Shown: positions 1-11,229 of the stretch, one piece after another | Layout of the letters: every line of letters begins with the position of its first letter | Position numbering within the stretch: position 1 is the stretch's first letter | Assembly: GCF_001194135.2 (NCBI RefSeq) | Contig: NC_068990.1 | Location: 71,929,915-71,980,115 of the forward strand | Direction: 5' to 3' | Origin: Octopus bimaculoides | Taxonomy: Eukaryota | Length of the DNA stretch: 50,201 nt | Program-made: the position numbers and the translations under genes | The notes under the pieces: generated by a model | The model's database searches: none | Seen by the model: the letters and a program-made list of their open reading frames with translations, nothing else | Told to the model about the DNA's origin: nothing

Positions 1-342
1 TTACAGGAAGTAATTCCTCACCATCTGCGAAATTTCCAGGAAGTAATTCATCCCACTGCTCCCCTTCCTCGGAGCTATCCAGGAAACCCTCGGAACTCCT
101 TGGAACTTTCCAAGAAATCCTCGAAATTTTCCAGGAAGTCGATCTTAAATCCTCGGAACATATAAAAAGAATATTTATACATAAACTCGGTCAGTTTGCA
201 ATTTAGCCACTGCTGGATAGTGTCTTTAATATGTTCACTGAACACTGCCTCGAATTCCTCCTTGTTTTTCAAAAATCCCCCCTAAATCACAAAATAAGGG
301 GAAAAAATCTGCCCTATTTTTCAAATCCTGGCAGAATCCCTG
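1..342 (-). other. Unclassified repeat or possible DNA-transposon terminus (CAGGGATTCTGCCAGG... on minus) running off the window
   Basis: Minus strand starts CAGGG at 342, a terminus typical of hAT elements. Internal short repeats TTCCAGGAAG and AGGAAGTAATTC. No partner TIR is visible in the window. Confidence 0.25.
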
Positions 343-1074
343 AAGCTGAAAGCAGGATAATAATCTCATTCTGCACTTTATCACATTCAAGAATATAAAC
401 ACGCTTTTAAGCACAAATTATGCAAAGTCAAAAAGAAACACTGCCTTTCACCTGGCACTGCATGAACGACAGTGCTGTCTCTCCCTAATGTGGAGCTTCC
501 AATCTTGGACATATGAGCATGCGCACAACAGCCAAACACTGCATCACTGGAACTGTGAGGCACACAGTTCTATAGAAGGATTTTTGTGTTTTTTTCATAA
601 ACTAGGGGATGGCTACTGACATTAAGCTTAAGGATTATATAATGTACAAGAATAAAGAAAGAATTAAAGAAAAAAGGACTCGTTATATTGAATGTTATCA
701 ATAATATTGAGTGGAAAGAGGGGGTGCTGCAATTCCACTGTGCCAGTATATGAGCTGCCATTGATTGTACAATACGGTACTCTGGGCCTTGGAACTCTTC
801 AGAGTTTTGCTTTCTTCCCATATGTAATACTGTATCGAAAGTACTTTGCATGCATGTTCAGTACTTGGTAATGCTATTTTTTGTATGATGTTGTTGTTTA
901 ACACTAAGATCAAGGTAATCAAGCAAATGTATGATCAAAAGCAGCAGCCATGACCACTCTGCTTCTTTAGGACTAGGATCTTTCCTTGTGTAAGACAGTG
1001 AGGCATAATATGAAAGAGCATTTTTGCTGCTTGTTTTTAGCAGGTCAAGTGACCACAGAGTATCCCTCATTGGC

Positions 1075-1545
1075 TAAATATTCTGTATGTTGTATGTGAA
1101 TGTATGCCAATCCTAGGCTTTGACATATATATTTATCTGCATCTCTTTTCATCATTCATAAAGCACCTATTATTATAAGGCTGATTCAGTTTTTAATCTC
1201 CACACTCTGGATGTCTTTATTTCTGTCTTTGTAGTTGGATAGTTTCTCCATTTCTTTTAGAGATATGATGTCATCCATAGAATTGGTACATTGATTGGGA
1301 CACTTTCCTTTCCCCAATAATATTTGAATGATTTTCCTTAATATTTCTGACGATGTGATTTAGCTTTGATCATAGTCTTGGATATGCTGATTCACATGTT
1401 ACTCAGAATATGGTCACTTTGTCATTCTTTCAAATGTGTTATGGTCGATGTTTCTCCGGGAAGTTTTTGATAGAACTGGTAGAGTATCCCCCCAAAATAT
1501 CTTGTGATGTTTATTCTAGTTCCTTACATCCTGAATTCAATTTCC
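1075..1545 (-). mobile_element. Decayed R4/Dong-clade non-LTR retrotransposon, C-terminal zinc knuckle plus restriction-like endonuclease
   Basis: Manual translation across frameshifts gives SGCKEL..., EKNDKVTIF*, SLKEMEKLSNYKD and EIKTSRVWRLKTESALIIIGAL*MMKRDADKYI. These match the R4/Dong pattern ENDKVTILWD...KEMEKLSKYKDLEIEI.RMW.LKT..IPII.GALG. Confidence 0.7.
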
Positions 1546-1695
1546 ATATTTCATCCTCCCAAGGGAGATAAAATAAAATTTCATTCATGTACTTCAATTT
1601 AAGTGACTGTCCGCACCCACCAAATTTCTGATCTCATGCTTATGTAAGAAATTATCATTATTCATTATTACTAGTATTACTATTGCTAATGTTAT

Positions 1696-1880
1696 GGCAG
1701 TGGGTTGGCAGAAATTGAAGAACCACAGACAAAATGCCTTATCTATTAATAGCTCTATTAATAGCTCTTTCTGTTCTGAGTTCACATCTTGCTGAAGTTG
1801 GTTCTGTCTTTTAACCTTTTGAGGTTGATACAACTGACTACACATTTCCTCTAATTTTGAGGCTTTGTGCCAATGTAAGC
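1696..1880 (+). mobile_element. Degenerate SINE, family A (GGCAGAAT...GTTCTGAGTTCAAAT core)
   Basis: Similar to the many better-preserved copies in the window, e.g. 29086-29307 and 34601-34825. Confidence 0.55.
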
Positions 1881-1972
1881 TATTAATAATGTGCACAGAT
1901 TAGAAGAATCATTAGAGAATTGGACAAAATACTTTGCAGTATTTAGTTATGGCTCCTTACTTCAGAGTTCAA

Positions 1973-2061
1973 TTATTTTTTCTAAAATTTTTGTTGCATC
2001 TTGCAACCTCTTCAGACTATTGAAGAGGTTGCAAGATGCAACGAAATTTTAGAAAAAATAA
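1973..2061. repeat. Near-perfect hairpin, 42/41-nt arms and 6-nt loop, with back-to-back hammerhead-like cores
   Basis: TTATTTTTTCTAAAATTTTTGTTGCATCTTGCAACCTCTTCA-GACTAT-TGAAGAGGTTGCAAGATGCAACGAAATTTTAGAAAAAATAA; the arms differ only at TT versus C. Confidence 0.95.
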
Positions 2062-2540
2062 GTAAGTAAATGAATGGAAATTGAACTGGTGAATGTGTTA
2101 AGTAATAAGGCACTAAAAGAGAATGACTCTCCCCAGACACATGAATTCACATAAAGAATCTTGCAAACCAAATACAAAAGAAATATATATATATATTATG
2201 TATAAATAATACAGAATGGGACAAGGATGCAAACATCCAGACAGTTAGGTGATACAAGAAAGGGACAAAATATCCAGAGAGACGATACAAGGAAACAAGG
2301 ACAGGTCATTCGGAGTTTTCTTTCCTCAGTTGAGATCCAGATTATCCTTGTAATTCCAGCTGGTTATTCTCGATATTGCCCCAAGGAAAAACTAAGCTAA
2401 GAGCATTAAATTCCTTGGAAGAAAGCAGCAAATGTATATAAAAACAAGGACGGAAAAAAATGAACAATATTACACAATTACAATAAAAATAATAAAACAG
2501 GGCATTACAGAAATATATATATATATGTATATATCTCTCT

Positions 2541-2584
<44 letters not shown>

Positions 2585-2589
2585 ACACA

Positions 2590-2840
2590 AAGGGATCAAA
2601 GGTCCATCCTGAGCAATTGGCTCATAAGATCAGTTTCCTGGATTCTGTGGTGTAAATATTCCCTTTGGATGGGACACCAGTCCATTGCAGGATTAGACAT
2701 TTTTTGCCAGCTGAGTGGACTGGAGTAACATGAAATGAAGTGTTTTTCTCAAGATCTCAATTCTTTGCCCACTCCAGCAAAAAACCCTCACAATCCTATG
2801 ACTATGAGTGCAACTTCTTAACCACAACGCCATGCCCCTT
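2590..2840 (-). mobile_element. tRNA-headed SINE with GGATGGGACACCAGTCCATTGCAGG core; related decayed copy at ~16775-16985
   Basis: Minus strand begins GGGGCATGGCGTTGTGGTTAAGAAG (A-box-like). The body is shared with the 16.8-kb copy (GGATGGAACACCAGTC...GCTGAGTGAACTGGAGCAATATGAAAT). Confidence 0.6.
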
Positions 2841-2862
2841 GCACATACACATGTATGTGTAT

Positions 2863-2901
<39 letters not shown>

Positions 2902-3399
2902 GTGAAAATCGTGGTATATTTACAAAATATCGACGAACATGAGTTATATTTTACAGAATGATTGTGTACTTGCATGTGTATGCGTTTGAGAGAGCAAGAG
3001 AGGAAGAGGTAGGGAGAGGGGGAGAAAGGGCTAGAGGTAGTTAAAAGTTTTCTTATGACGGCTTCTCTTCACTGCCTATTACTTTATTAGAAATCTATGG
3101 ATGCACTTACGCACATAATAGAGAAAAATTNNNNNNNNNNNNNNNNNNNNNNNNNNNNNNNNNNNNNNNNNNNNNNNNNNNNNNNNNNNNNNNNNNNNNN
3201 NNNNNNNNNNNNNNNNNNNNNNNNNNNNNNNNNNNNNNNNNNNNNNNNNNNNNNNNNNNNNNNNNNNNNNNNNNNNNNNNNNNNNNNNNNNNNNNNNNNN
3301 NNNNNNNNNNNNNNNNNNNNNNNNNNNNNNNNNNNNNNNNNNNNNNNNNNNNNNNNNNNNNNNNNNNNNNNNNNNNNNNNNNNNNNNNNNNNNNNNNNN

Positions 3400-3760
3400 A
3401 TGTGTGGTCGTGTGTGTTTTTACGTATCAATGTTATGAAAAATAGGTAAAGAATACTGAGAAGAAAGTTTAATCTATGACGTTGTATGTATCACTTTCTC
3501 TCTCTGTTGAGCGCGTGTGTAAGAACGCTGTCCCAGGTAGAAGGGAAGAAATATAAAAGTTGCTAGAAACAACAGCCAAATCTCTCTTAAATCACACAAA
3601 GTAAACGGAATTTTAAAAATCTAATTACTGCACTGGAAAGTTCAGATCGAGAAAATTCCATTGATGTAAAAATTTTAACGAAAAAGTGGAAAATGCGGAT
3701 TTCTATAAACTTTTTAAAAGGCTTCACACAGACACACAACTTCAGCTTTATATATTAAGA
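3400..3760 (-). mobile_element. 5' end of a young Helitron, inverted copy of 41523-41852
   Basis: The reverse complement of 3431-3760 matches 41523-41852 with 2 mismatches in 330 nt. It starts A|TCTTAATATATAAAGCTG and runs into an N-gap. Confidence 0.8.
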
Positions 3761-3789
3761 TGAAGTAGTACATTCAGATACGAGATTTA

Positions 3790-4290
3790 AACAAAGTTAG
3801 TCCTATAATCACATAATGAATATAATGTATAATTAAAAAAATAATTTTATAAGATTATAGTATACAGTGAATTTTATGAAAAGGGTATAAATTGTCACAA
3901 ATTTATAAGCTATAAGAATTATAAAAATATATAAAAAAGGTATAAAAATATATAATATATAATATATACAGGCATGAAAATATAAAACAATAAAAAAATC
4001 AAATACAAGAATTTATAAGATATAATGCATAATTAAAAATACATAAACCATGAAAATATATAAAAGGGTATATAAAGGCATAAAACATAAAAAATGTAAA
4101 ATATAAAAATTTATAAAATATAAGAAAAAATTTAAGATATTTTTTTAATAAAAGCATATGAAAAGATGATATAAAAAGGTATAAAAAGATATAAAGAAGG
4201 ATATAAGATAAACCAAAATGAAAAATTTATTTATAAAGTTATTGGTATATAGAAAAAGTTATAGCCAGAATAATCATTAATACAAGATAG
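3790..4290. repeat. A-rich, strand-asymmetric degenerate minisatellite or low-complexity tract
   Basis: Recurrent TATAAAA, AATTTATAAGAT and ATGAAAA..ATAAAAGGGTATA motifs with very low C content. Confidence 0.6.
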
Positions 4291-4786
4291 AATGAGATAT
4301 AAATATACCAAGTTTTAACAGATAAAATTACCTTTGGAAATGGATTTATAAGATATATCTAAAGTACATCAAAGAAACTGATTGAATAACAGATCTTAGA
4401 GGGTACATTTATATATTTAGGGGAGGTGTGAATTTTGAGAATCCATTAGAAAAATAAATATATTTTATATTAACCCTGATAAAAGAGATTCAACGATGGG
4501 AAGAGGTAAGTACATATTGTAATTATTAGAAGTTTATAGATCAAAGGGGCTAATGGTCAATAGAATGCATTATTGAATATGTTTCGACATCAAAGACAGT
4601 AAACTATGAATGATATGGCACCCTGAATAACCTATGTCACCAAAAATACGGTATGATGTAATTATTAATTACCTGCTTCTAAAGTATTTAAAGGTACGGG
4701 TAATCCTATGAACACATGACACCCTAAGGTCTAATTTATTATTAATTAGCAGAGATACCAGGTATTGCTCGGGGTTAAAATGGCAT

Positions 4787-5000
4787 AGTCTTTTATTGTT
4801 TTACTTGTTTCGGTCATGTGACTGTGGCCATGCTAGAGCACCATTTTTAGTTGAAGAAATCAACTCCAGGACTTATTCTTTTTAAGCCTAGTACTTATTC
4901 TATCAATGTGTTTTGCAAAATGGCTAAGTTACGGGGATCTAAACACAGCAACATTGGTTGTCAAGTGATAGTGGGGGTACAAACACAGGCACAGATGCAC
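4787..5000 (-). mobile_element. 3' half of SINE family B
   Basis: Reverse complement of the tail seen at 49290-49480 (GGTGCTCCAGCATGGCCACAGTCAAATGACTGAAACAA). Confidence 0.75.
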
Positions 5001-5335
5001 ACACACACACACACACACACACACTTACACACACATATATATACATACATGTATGTATATGTATGTCGCCACTCTCCTGTTTTTGTTCCCAACTTTGCCT
5101 CTCTATAAATCCAAAATTTTATTTTGGAACTTATGGGAGCAACTGTCTTCAAAGACTCACATTGTCGTTGACTGCTTGAAATGGGGAGTAGATAGACAAC
5201 CGACAACTGATGAAGGATTGTACTCTGTGCTACTTGCACTTTTTCCATTTTTTCTCTCGTTGTTTGTGTATTTAGCTTGTTTGTTTTCACACTTCATGTT
5301 GTTTATACAGTTGGTGATGTCCTGTACCCATATAT

Positions 5336-5368
<33 letters not shown>

Positions 5369-5475
5369 ATATATGCATAGAAACATATGTATATGCACCT
5401 ACTTACATCTATACGTATATGTATATGCATATGTGGGGACAGGACATCATGAAACATGTACAACAACAAAATATA

Positions 5476-5742
5476 ACAGTTCTATATTTAAGAGATGAGG
5501 AATTATGTACATTATTTACAATTGACGGATATTTGTCCTTATCTTGTTTGTTGTTAACACATTTTGGCTGATATACCTTCCAGCCTTCACCAGGTGTCTT
5601 GGGGAAATTTTGAACCTGAGTTCTTATTCCTTAGGTATTTTTAGATGTTATTATTATTATTATTATTATGGTCACTGCCTGGAATCGAATCCGGAATCTT
5701 GGGGTTAGTAGCCTGTGCCCTAAACCACTACACCATAAGCCC
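5476..5742 (-). mobile_element. Composite unit: tRNA-Arg-like head (5742-5670), (AAT)n, hammerhead-like motif and tail; Penelope 3' pseudo-LTR or SINE-like element
   Basis: Head GGGCTTATGGTGTAGTGGTTTAGGGCACAGGCTACTAACCCCAAGATTCCGGATTCGATTCCAGGCAGTGACC has A- and B-box-like motifs. It starts ~30 nt after the Penelope ORF stop on the same strand. A second head copy lies at 44248-44320. Confidence 0.75.
5556..5598 (-). ncRNA. Degenerate minimal type I hammerhead ribozyme, probably inactive
   Basis: GACAC-CTGGTGA-A-GGCTG(GAAGGTATAT)CAGCC-AAAA-T-GTGTT. Stem I (GACAC/GTGTT) and stem II (GGCTG/CAGCC) are intact. The core has A6>G and G12>A, and stem III is largely deleted. Confidence 0.6.
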
Positions 5743-5771
5743 GTAGGCAATTATGGAGTGAATTTTAAGGC

Positions 5772-6390
5772 TTATAAATCTAATATTTTCCTATCCTTCC
5801 TTAATACCAGTTCCCATATACTGTTCATATCTGCACTCGGTCTGCTTAGGAGGTTGTTGTGTCCTAGCATATGTGCTGCTTCTTTTAGTTTTCGTATTTT
5901 CCAGTGGTGTTCTCTGTCTATTATTTTAACTTCATCCCACAGGGGGAGGTGGTCTCCATTTTTCCATACATGATCAGCTATACCCGATCTATCAATACCT
6001 CCTCGTGTCACAGCTTTGTGATGTTCCTCTACTCTTATTTTGAGGGGGTGGTACATTTCGCCTTTGTATAACCTACCACAGCTGCATGAGATGGAGTACA
6101 CTCAGTTCTTGGTCATGTTCTCTTCTATTAGTGATTTTACTCAAAGGAGGTATTTGCGAAGTGTTGTATTACTTTTGAATGCAGTCCTGATGTCATATGG
6201 GCCACATATCTTTTGTATCTTTTCGGAGAAGCATTTTACATAGGGTAGACAGACTGTGGACAGTTTATCGGTTTCATCCTCTGTTTTCTTCATAATTGGA
6301 GTGGAGAGTATGCTTTGGGGGTAGTTGTTGCTTCATAGATAGTTACTGAGCTTGATAATTTCTTCGTGGTGGATATCACAATCGCTACTT
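5772..6390 (-). mobile_element. Penelope-like element (Poseidon-type), C-terminal linker plus GIY-YIG endonuclease, with in-frame stops
   Basis: ...SNNYPQSILS...VCLPYVKCFSEKIQKICGPYDIRTAFKSNTTLRKYLL*VKSLIEENMTKN*VYSISCSCGRLYKGE...LKIRVEEHHKAV...SGIADHVWKNGDHLPLWDEVKIIDREHHWKIRKLKEAAHM. Confidence 0.9.
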
Positions 6391-6429
6391 ATATTCATTG
6401 CTCATGCTTAAGGCACTGAGCAATCCCTC

Positions 6430-7267
6430 TCTTTACACTGTATCCATACAGGTCGATCTAATTTGCATATCCAAACAATATCAGGTGAATATCAAACTCT
6501 GTGCAGAAGTGTTTGCCCTTGATATTCTTGCAATGTATGCAGATAACACGACCCAACTTAGTGAAGGAATCAGCTCTTTATATAAAAAAAATACTTTTTC
6601 TAATATTTCCAAAGTGCAGATTCCACTGAAACATGTTCTTTTCAACTGTTCATTAGCATTGAACAGGTATACATGAAGACACAACCTGGTCCTTAAGGTT
6701 ATCTTCAATGCTATGAAGAACCAAATTGATCTCAACAAGTGTTAAAAAAATCCATTGAAAGTACCAACTAGAGATTTTATTACCTTCGTGCACTCAGGAC
6801 AGCGGATCCATTTCAAGAAGTACAATAAACTTCCTGTGAGTGATGAAAAGTGGAACAGCAATTGGGTGGTGTCTGCAGATTTACCAGGGTGCCAAGGACT
6901 CTTTCCCATCCCAGTTACGGAAAAAACGGACATTTTAATGTGGTGTGAAGGAAAGAAAGTTGTGAATCTAGTCAAGTTAATGGTTCCTCAAGAAGATAAC
7001 ATGGACGCTGCTTGAGCTCGAAAGACTGACCATTATATAAACCTCTTCAAGGAATGTGAAGATGCAGGCTGGAAATCAGAGCATTTTACAATTTAAGTCA
7101 GATACAGAGGGTTTGTTGGATACAGTGTGAGACGATTGTTGTTATCATTAGGCCTAACCCATCATAAAATAAATACCACCATGACCAATATCCAGACTAC
7201 AGTGGAAAAGGCTAGTAATTGGATTTGGTTAAAAAGTGATGATGAGCGATGGCTAGAAGAATATTGA
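6430..7267 (+). mobile_element. Hero-clade non-LTR retrotransposon, C-terminal CCHC region plus restriction-like endonuclease, with stops
   Basis: LKHVLFNCSLALNRYT*RHNLVL...WVVSADL...TDILMWCEGKKVVNLVKLMVPQEDNMDAA*ARKTDHY...ECEDAGWKSEHFTI*VRYRGFVG...TVEKASNWIWLK. This matches Hero motifs (RPDIVLWS..., ELTVPWE, VEVGCRGF, AEKASRWLWLK). Confidence 0.85.
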
Positions 7268-7459
7268 GCTATATTTGATAACCAGTTGATCTAGCAAGTG
7301 GAGCCCCATATCAGTGAGGTGGGGGGGGGGCGGTGTGCATTGATGCCGTCAAGCGGTAGGCCCTGAAATGGTGTGCATTCTCTCCTGATGACCCCATACA
7401 CTTGCTGGCTTCTGGCATGCAGAGTTCTCGACTGGTAGCACTTGCATGTGCAAGTTATT

Positions 7460-7915
7460 TGCAAAACATCTATAAATTTGTGTTATCTTCTTTGAATGTG
7501 TCTGTGATGCTGTTCAAAAGTGGATGTTTATAAACATCTTTGTCAACTGTGTATAAGTTTTTGTCTTGTCTTGTTAACTGCATATAAGTTTTTGTCTTCT
7601 CTTGTTAACCACGTATAAATTTTTGTCTTGTCTCTAATTTTTTTCCTTCATATCTCACTGGAGTTGGTTGTCGAATTTGTGGAATTTAATTCTTCTAATA
7701 AGCTCAGAAAAGTCTTTTTCAAAGGCTTCTAATTCCGAAATAGGTGTTGGAATTTTAGAAGATTTGAGGCCATATTTGTTTCCATTAGATTTCTGCTTTG
7801 TATCATAGAAGAAGGCTTTCCATCTCATTCTTTGGCTAAAATCCTCTGTTTTTCGATAAAACCTTTGAGGTATTGCTTGTGTGTAGTTTTCTTTTTGTGA
7901 TATCTTTGCTGCTTT
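7460..7915 (-). mobile_element. Penelope-like element (Neptune-type), N-terminal region upstream of RT
   Basis: KQYLKGFIEK/TEDFSQRMRWKAFFYDTKQKSNGNKYGLKSSKIPTPISELEAFEKDFSELIRRIKF...DKTKNLY...HPLLNSITDTFK. This matches the KRMRWKA...YG.K...ADKT.N.Y pattern. Confidence 0.75.
7545..7634. repeat. 31-bp tandem repeat x3
   Basis: AACTGTGTATAAGTTTTTGTCTTGTCTTGTT-like units start at 7545, 7576 and 7607. Confidence 0.9.
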
Positions 7916-8805
7916 TTAACACACATATATATATATATNNNNNNNNNNNNNNNNNNNNNNNNNNNNNNNNNNNNNNNNNNNNNNNNNNNNNNNNNNNNNN
8001 NNNNNNNNNNNNNNNNNNNNNNNNNNNNNNNNNNNNNNNNNNNNNNNNNNNNNNNNNNNNNNNNNNNNNNNNNNNNNNNNNNNNNNNNNNNNNNNNNNNN
8101 NNNNNNNNNNNNNNNNNNNNNNNNNNNNNNNNNNNNNNNNNNNNNNNNNNNNNNNNNNNNNNNNNNNNNNNNNNNNNNNNNNNNNNNNNNNNNNNNNNNN
8201 NNNNNNNNNNNNNNNNNNNNNNNNNNNNNNNNNNNNNNNNNNNNNNNNNNNNNNNNNNNNNNNNNNNNNNNNNNNNNNNNNNNNNNNNNNNNNNNNNNNN
8301 NNNNNNNNNNNNNNNNNNNNNNNNNNNNNNNNNNNNNNNNNNNNNNNNNNNNNNNNNNNNNNNNNNNNNNNNNNNNNNNNNNNNNNNNNNNNNNNNNNNN
8401 NNNNNNNNNNNNNNNNNNNNNNNNNNNNNNNNNNNNNNNNNNNNNNNNNNNNNNNNNNNNNNNNNNNNNNNNNNNNNNNNNNNNNNNNNNNNNNNNNNNN
8501 NNNNNNNNNNNNNNNNNNNNNNNNNNNNNNNNNNNNNNNNNNNNNNNNNNNNNNNNNNNNNNNNNNNNNNNNNNNNNNNNNNNNNNNNNNNNNNNNNNNN
8601 NNNNNNNNNNNNNNNNNNNNNNNNNNNNNNNNNNNNNNNNNNNNNNNNNNNNNNNNNNNNNNNNNNNNNNNNNNNNNNNNNNNNNNNNNNNNNNNNNNNN
8701 NNNNNNNNNNNNNNNNNNNNNNNNNNNNNNNNNNNNNNNNNNNNNNNNNNNNNNNNNNNNNNNNNNNNNNNNNNNNNNNNNNNNNNNNNNNNNNNNNNNN
8801 NNNNN

Positions 8806-8853
<48 letters not shown>

Positions 8854-8894
8854 GTGCATATATATATATACATAAATACTTATACTGTATATCA

Positions 8895-9242
8895 TCATTA
8901 TCATCATTTAACATCTGCCTTCTATACTGGCATAGGTTGAACAGTTTGACAGGAGATGGCCAGGTAGAAGACTACACCAGGATACTGTGTCTGTTTTGAC
9001 ATGGTTTTTATGGCTGGATGCCCTTCCTAACACAACCACCCTGCAGAGCAGACTGAGTGCTTTTTACATAGCACCAGCACTGGGAAGGTCACCAAATAAC
9101 TTGCAAGACAAGGAATTCTGAAGGAGGAGGAGACATTGGAGAAGATAATCTTGTGTCAGATGATGAAAGGTTAAAGTGTGACAGAGAGACGGAAATAGGT
9201 GTCTTGCTACAAAGGTGGTACATAGTTACCCAGCCAGAGAGA

Positions 9243-9292
<50 letters not shown>

Positions 9293-9300
9293 GAGGTAAC
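8895..9300 (-). mobile_element. RTE-LINE-related 3' tail repeat (family C)
   Basis: Contains GCTGGATGCCCTTCCTAAC..CAACCAC next to a (CAT)n tail. Related copies at ~12050-12400(+), 19230-19480(+), 22790-22930(+), 32330-32475(+), 33000-33200(+), 37935-38115(+), 48690-48830(-) and 49960-50180(-). Confidence 0.75.
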
Positions 9301-10599
9301 AAGAAAGAGGGAAGAGCAAGAGAAGGAGAGAGAGAGAGTGATAAAAAATGAGGGCAGAAACATGTGCTGCTGTAGAGGAGATACATGGTTACCCATCCAG
9401 AGGAAAGTGCAAGGGAAAAGAGAGAGAAAGAGAGTGGGAGACGTAAAAAGTGCAAGAGAGAGTGGTGAAGTGCCACATAATACCAAACACACATATATAA
9501 GGTGTGTGTTTTGCCAGATCGTGGGCAGGTAACAATTATAGGTGTGAGTATATTATGCCTATAATCCTCTCTTAGCCTATAAGTGCAGCCTGCCCACGAA
9601 CTGGCAAAGCACATATCTTGTGTATGTGTGTTTGATATTGTTTGTATCTCTTGTGCTGCTTCCTATTCATATTTGAATACATCTTTATGTATGTATGTCT
9701 GTATGTATGTATGTATGTATGTATGTATGTATGTATGTATGCATGCATTATGTATGTATGCATGCATGTATGTATGAATATATGTATATGCCCATCACTT
9801 GCTATTGAGATTATTGACTTGGTATCAGTAAGTACCATGGTTTCACTAGTGATTTCAGGTGCCCACACAGTCACAAGCAGAAAGACAGCCCTCTTTATCC
9901 AGTAAAACTTCCAAGACATGACACCTGGAAGGCGAGAGAGCTTTGTTACTTTTTGGTTAATATTTTATTTATTGATCCAGTAAGAAAGAAGGGCAAAACT
10001 AACCATAGTAGGACTTGAACTTGCAACATAGGGAACCATTATCAATACCACAACTCATTCAATCTAACATTTTTGCGGTCCTGCCAATTTAGTGCCAGAC
10101 TATACATAGAATGTTGTTTGATAACTTGAGTGCTGAGAAACAGGACCAATCAGAAGCCAAAGAACTTCCAGAAATCAGTCAATAACAACAAAGAGTTTCT
10201 GATAACTATGAGGAAGACCTGCAACACTTGATTGATTAATCACTTCAGAAAATTAAATTAAAAAAAAAAAGACAAAAAAACAGAATGAAAAAAAAAAAAG
10301 AAAATATCAGTAAGAGATAAAGCAAAATGGAGATTGATGGATTTTTTGTTTTTTCACTCAGCTTTTGAATTGGTAAAAAGACTGCAGTATTGAAGTGAAA
10401 TGCTAAATGAAGTTTCCAAACTAAATGAAATACTTCACAAACAAGATTGTAACTTTGAAATCCCTATGAAACAGGTTTGTAACTTTATTAAAAATAATCA
10501 GTGAGAGAGGTGTTGTTGCTACTTTTGTTGGTATAGTTATATTTTCTTCCTTTTTTTTTTTTTGTAGCAATCACTGGAAATGGCACATAATGTTAATGA

Positions 10600-11025
10600 G
10601 CCTGAAAGTGGTGCGTCAACAGAATTATTAGTATGCCAAGCAAAATTATCAGTGGCATTTCTTCCAGCTCTTTATGTTCTGAGTTCAAATTCCACTGAAG
10701 TCAGCTTTACCTTTTATCCTTTCAGGGTTGATAAAATAATGTATCTATCAAATACAGGCATTGATAAAATCAACTTACCCCACTCCCCTGTAACTGTGAC
10801 AAAATTTGAAACAAATGGTGGTGAGCTGACAGAATCCTTACAATGCTGGACAAAATGTATAGTGACATTTCTTCTGGTTTTACATTCTGAGTTCAAATTC
10901 CATCACTTTGTCTTCCATCCTTTCAGAGTTGATAAAATAAGTACCAGTCAAGTACTAGAGTCGATGTAATTGTCTAACCCTCTCCCCCAAAATTTCAAGC
11001 CTTGTGCCTATAGTAGAAACAATAT
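10600..11025 (+). mobile_element. Two head-to-tail family A SINEs
   Basis: Two copies of GTTCTGAGTTCAAATTCC...CCTTTCATCCTTTCAGGGTTGATAAAATAA...; the second ends GCCTTGTGCCTATAGTAGAAA. Confidence 0.8.
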
Positions 11026-11196
11026 TAATGGGCCTGGGTAATGTTACATCAAATAAAGTTTCATGTTCAATAATTGTAAACAGAAGTTATAAAAAAAAAT
11101 GATTTTCTCTGCAAAAATAAAAAAATGGATTGCTAACTGTAATAGATTAACACCATGGCCAGGGGTTGGATTTGACTTGTGACTATAGTAGAAAGG

Positions 11197-11228
<32 letters not shown>

Positions 11229-11229
<1 letters not shown>

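Noticed and set aside
75-272. 65-aa ORF preceded by a plausible splice acceptor
   Set aside because: No recognisable homology. It has internal short repeats and sits within a probable repeat terminus.
570-1070. Minus-strand ORFs with a VLHMGRK motif reminiscent of CR1/L2 RT
   Set aside because: Only a short motif matches and the flanks do not extend the alignment, so it is left unassigned.
5175-5240. CTGATGA at ~5207 as a hammerhead core; likewise 7386, 43514 and 45034
   Set aside because: There is no correctly placed GAAA with pairing stems.
5670-5742. Possible functional tRNA gene (also 44248-44320)
   Set aside because: Acceptor, anticodon and T stems have multiple mismatches. The ACT anticodon comes with a short variable loop. 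It is better explained as a tRNA-derived repeat head.
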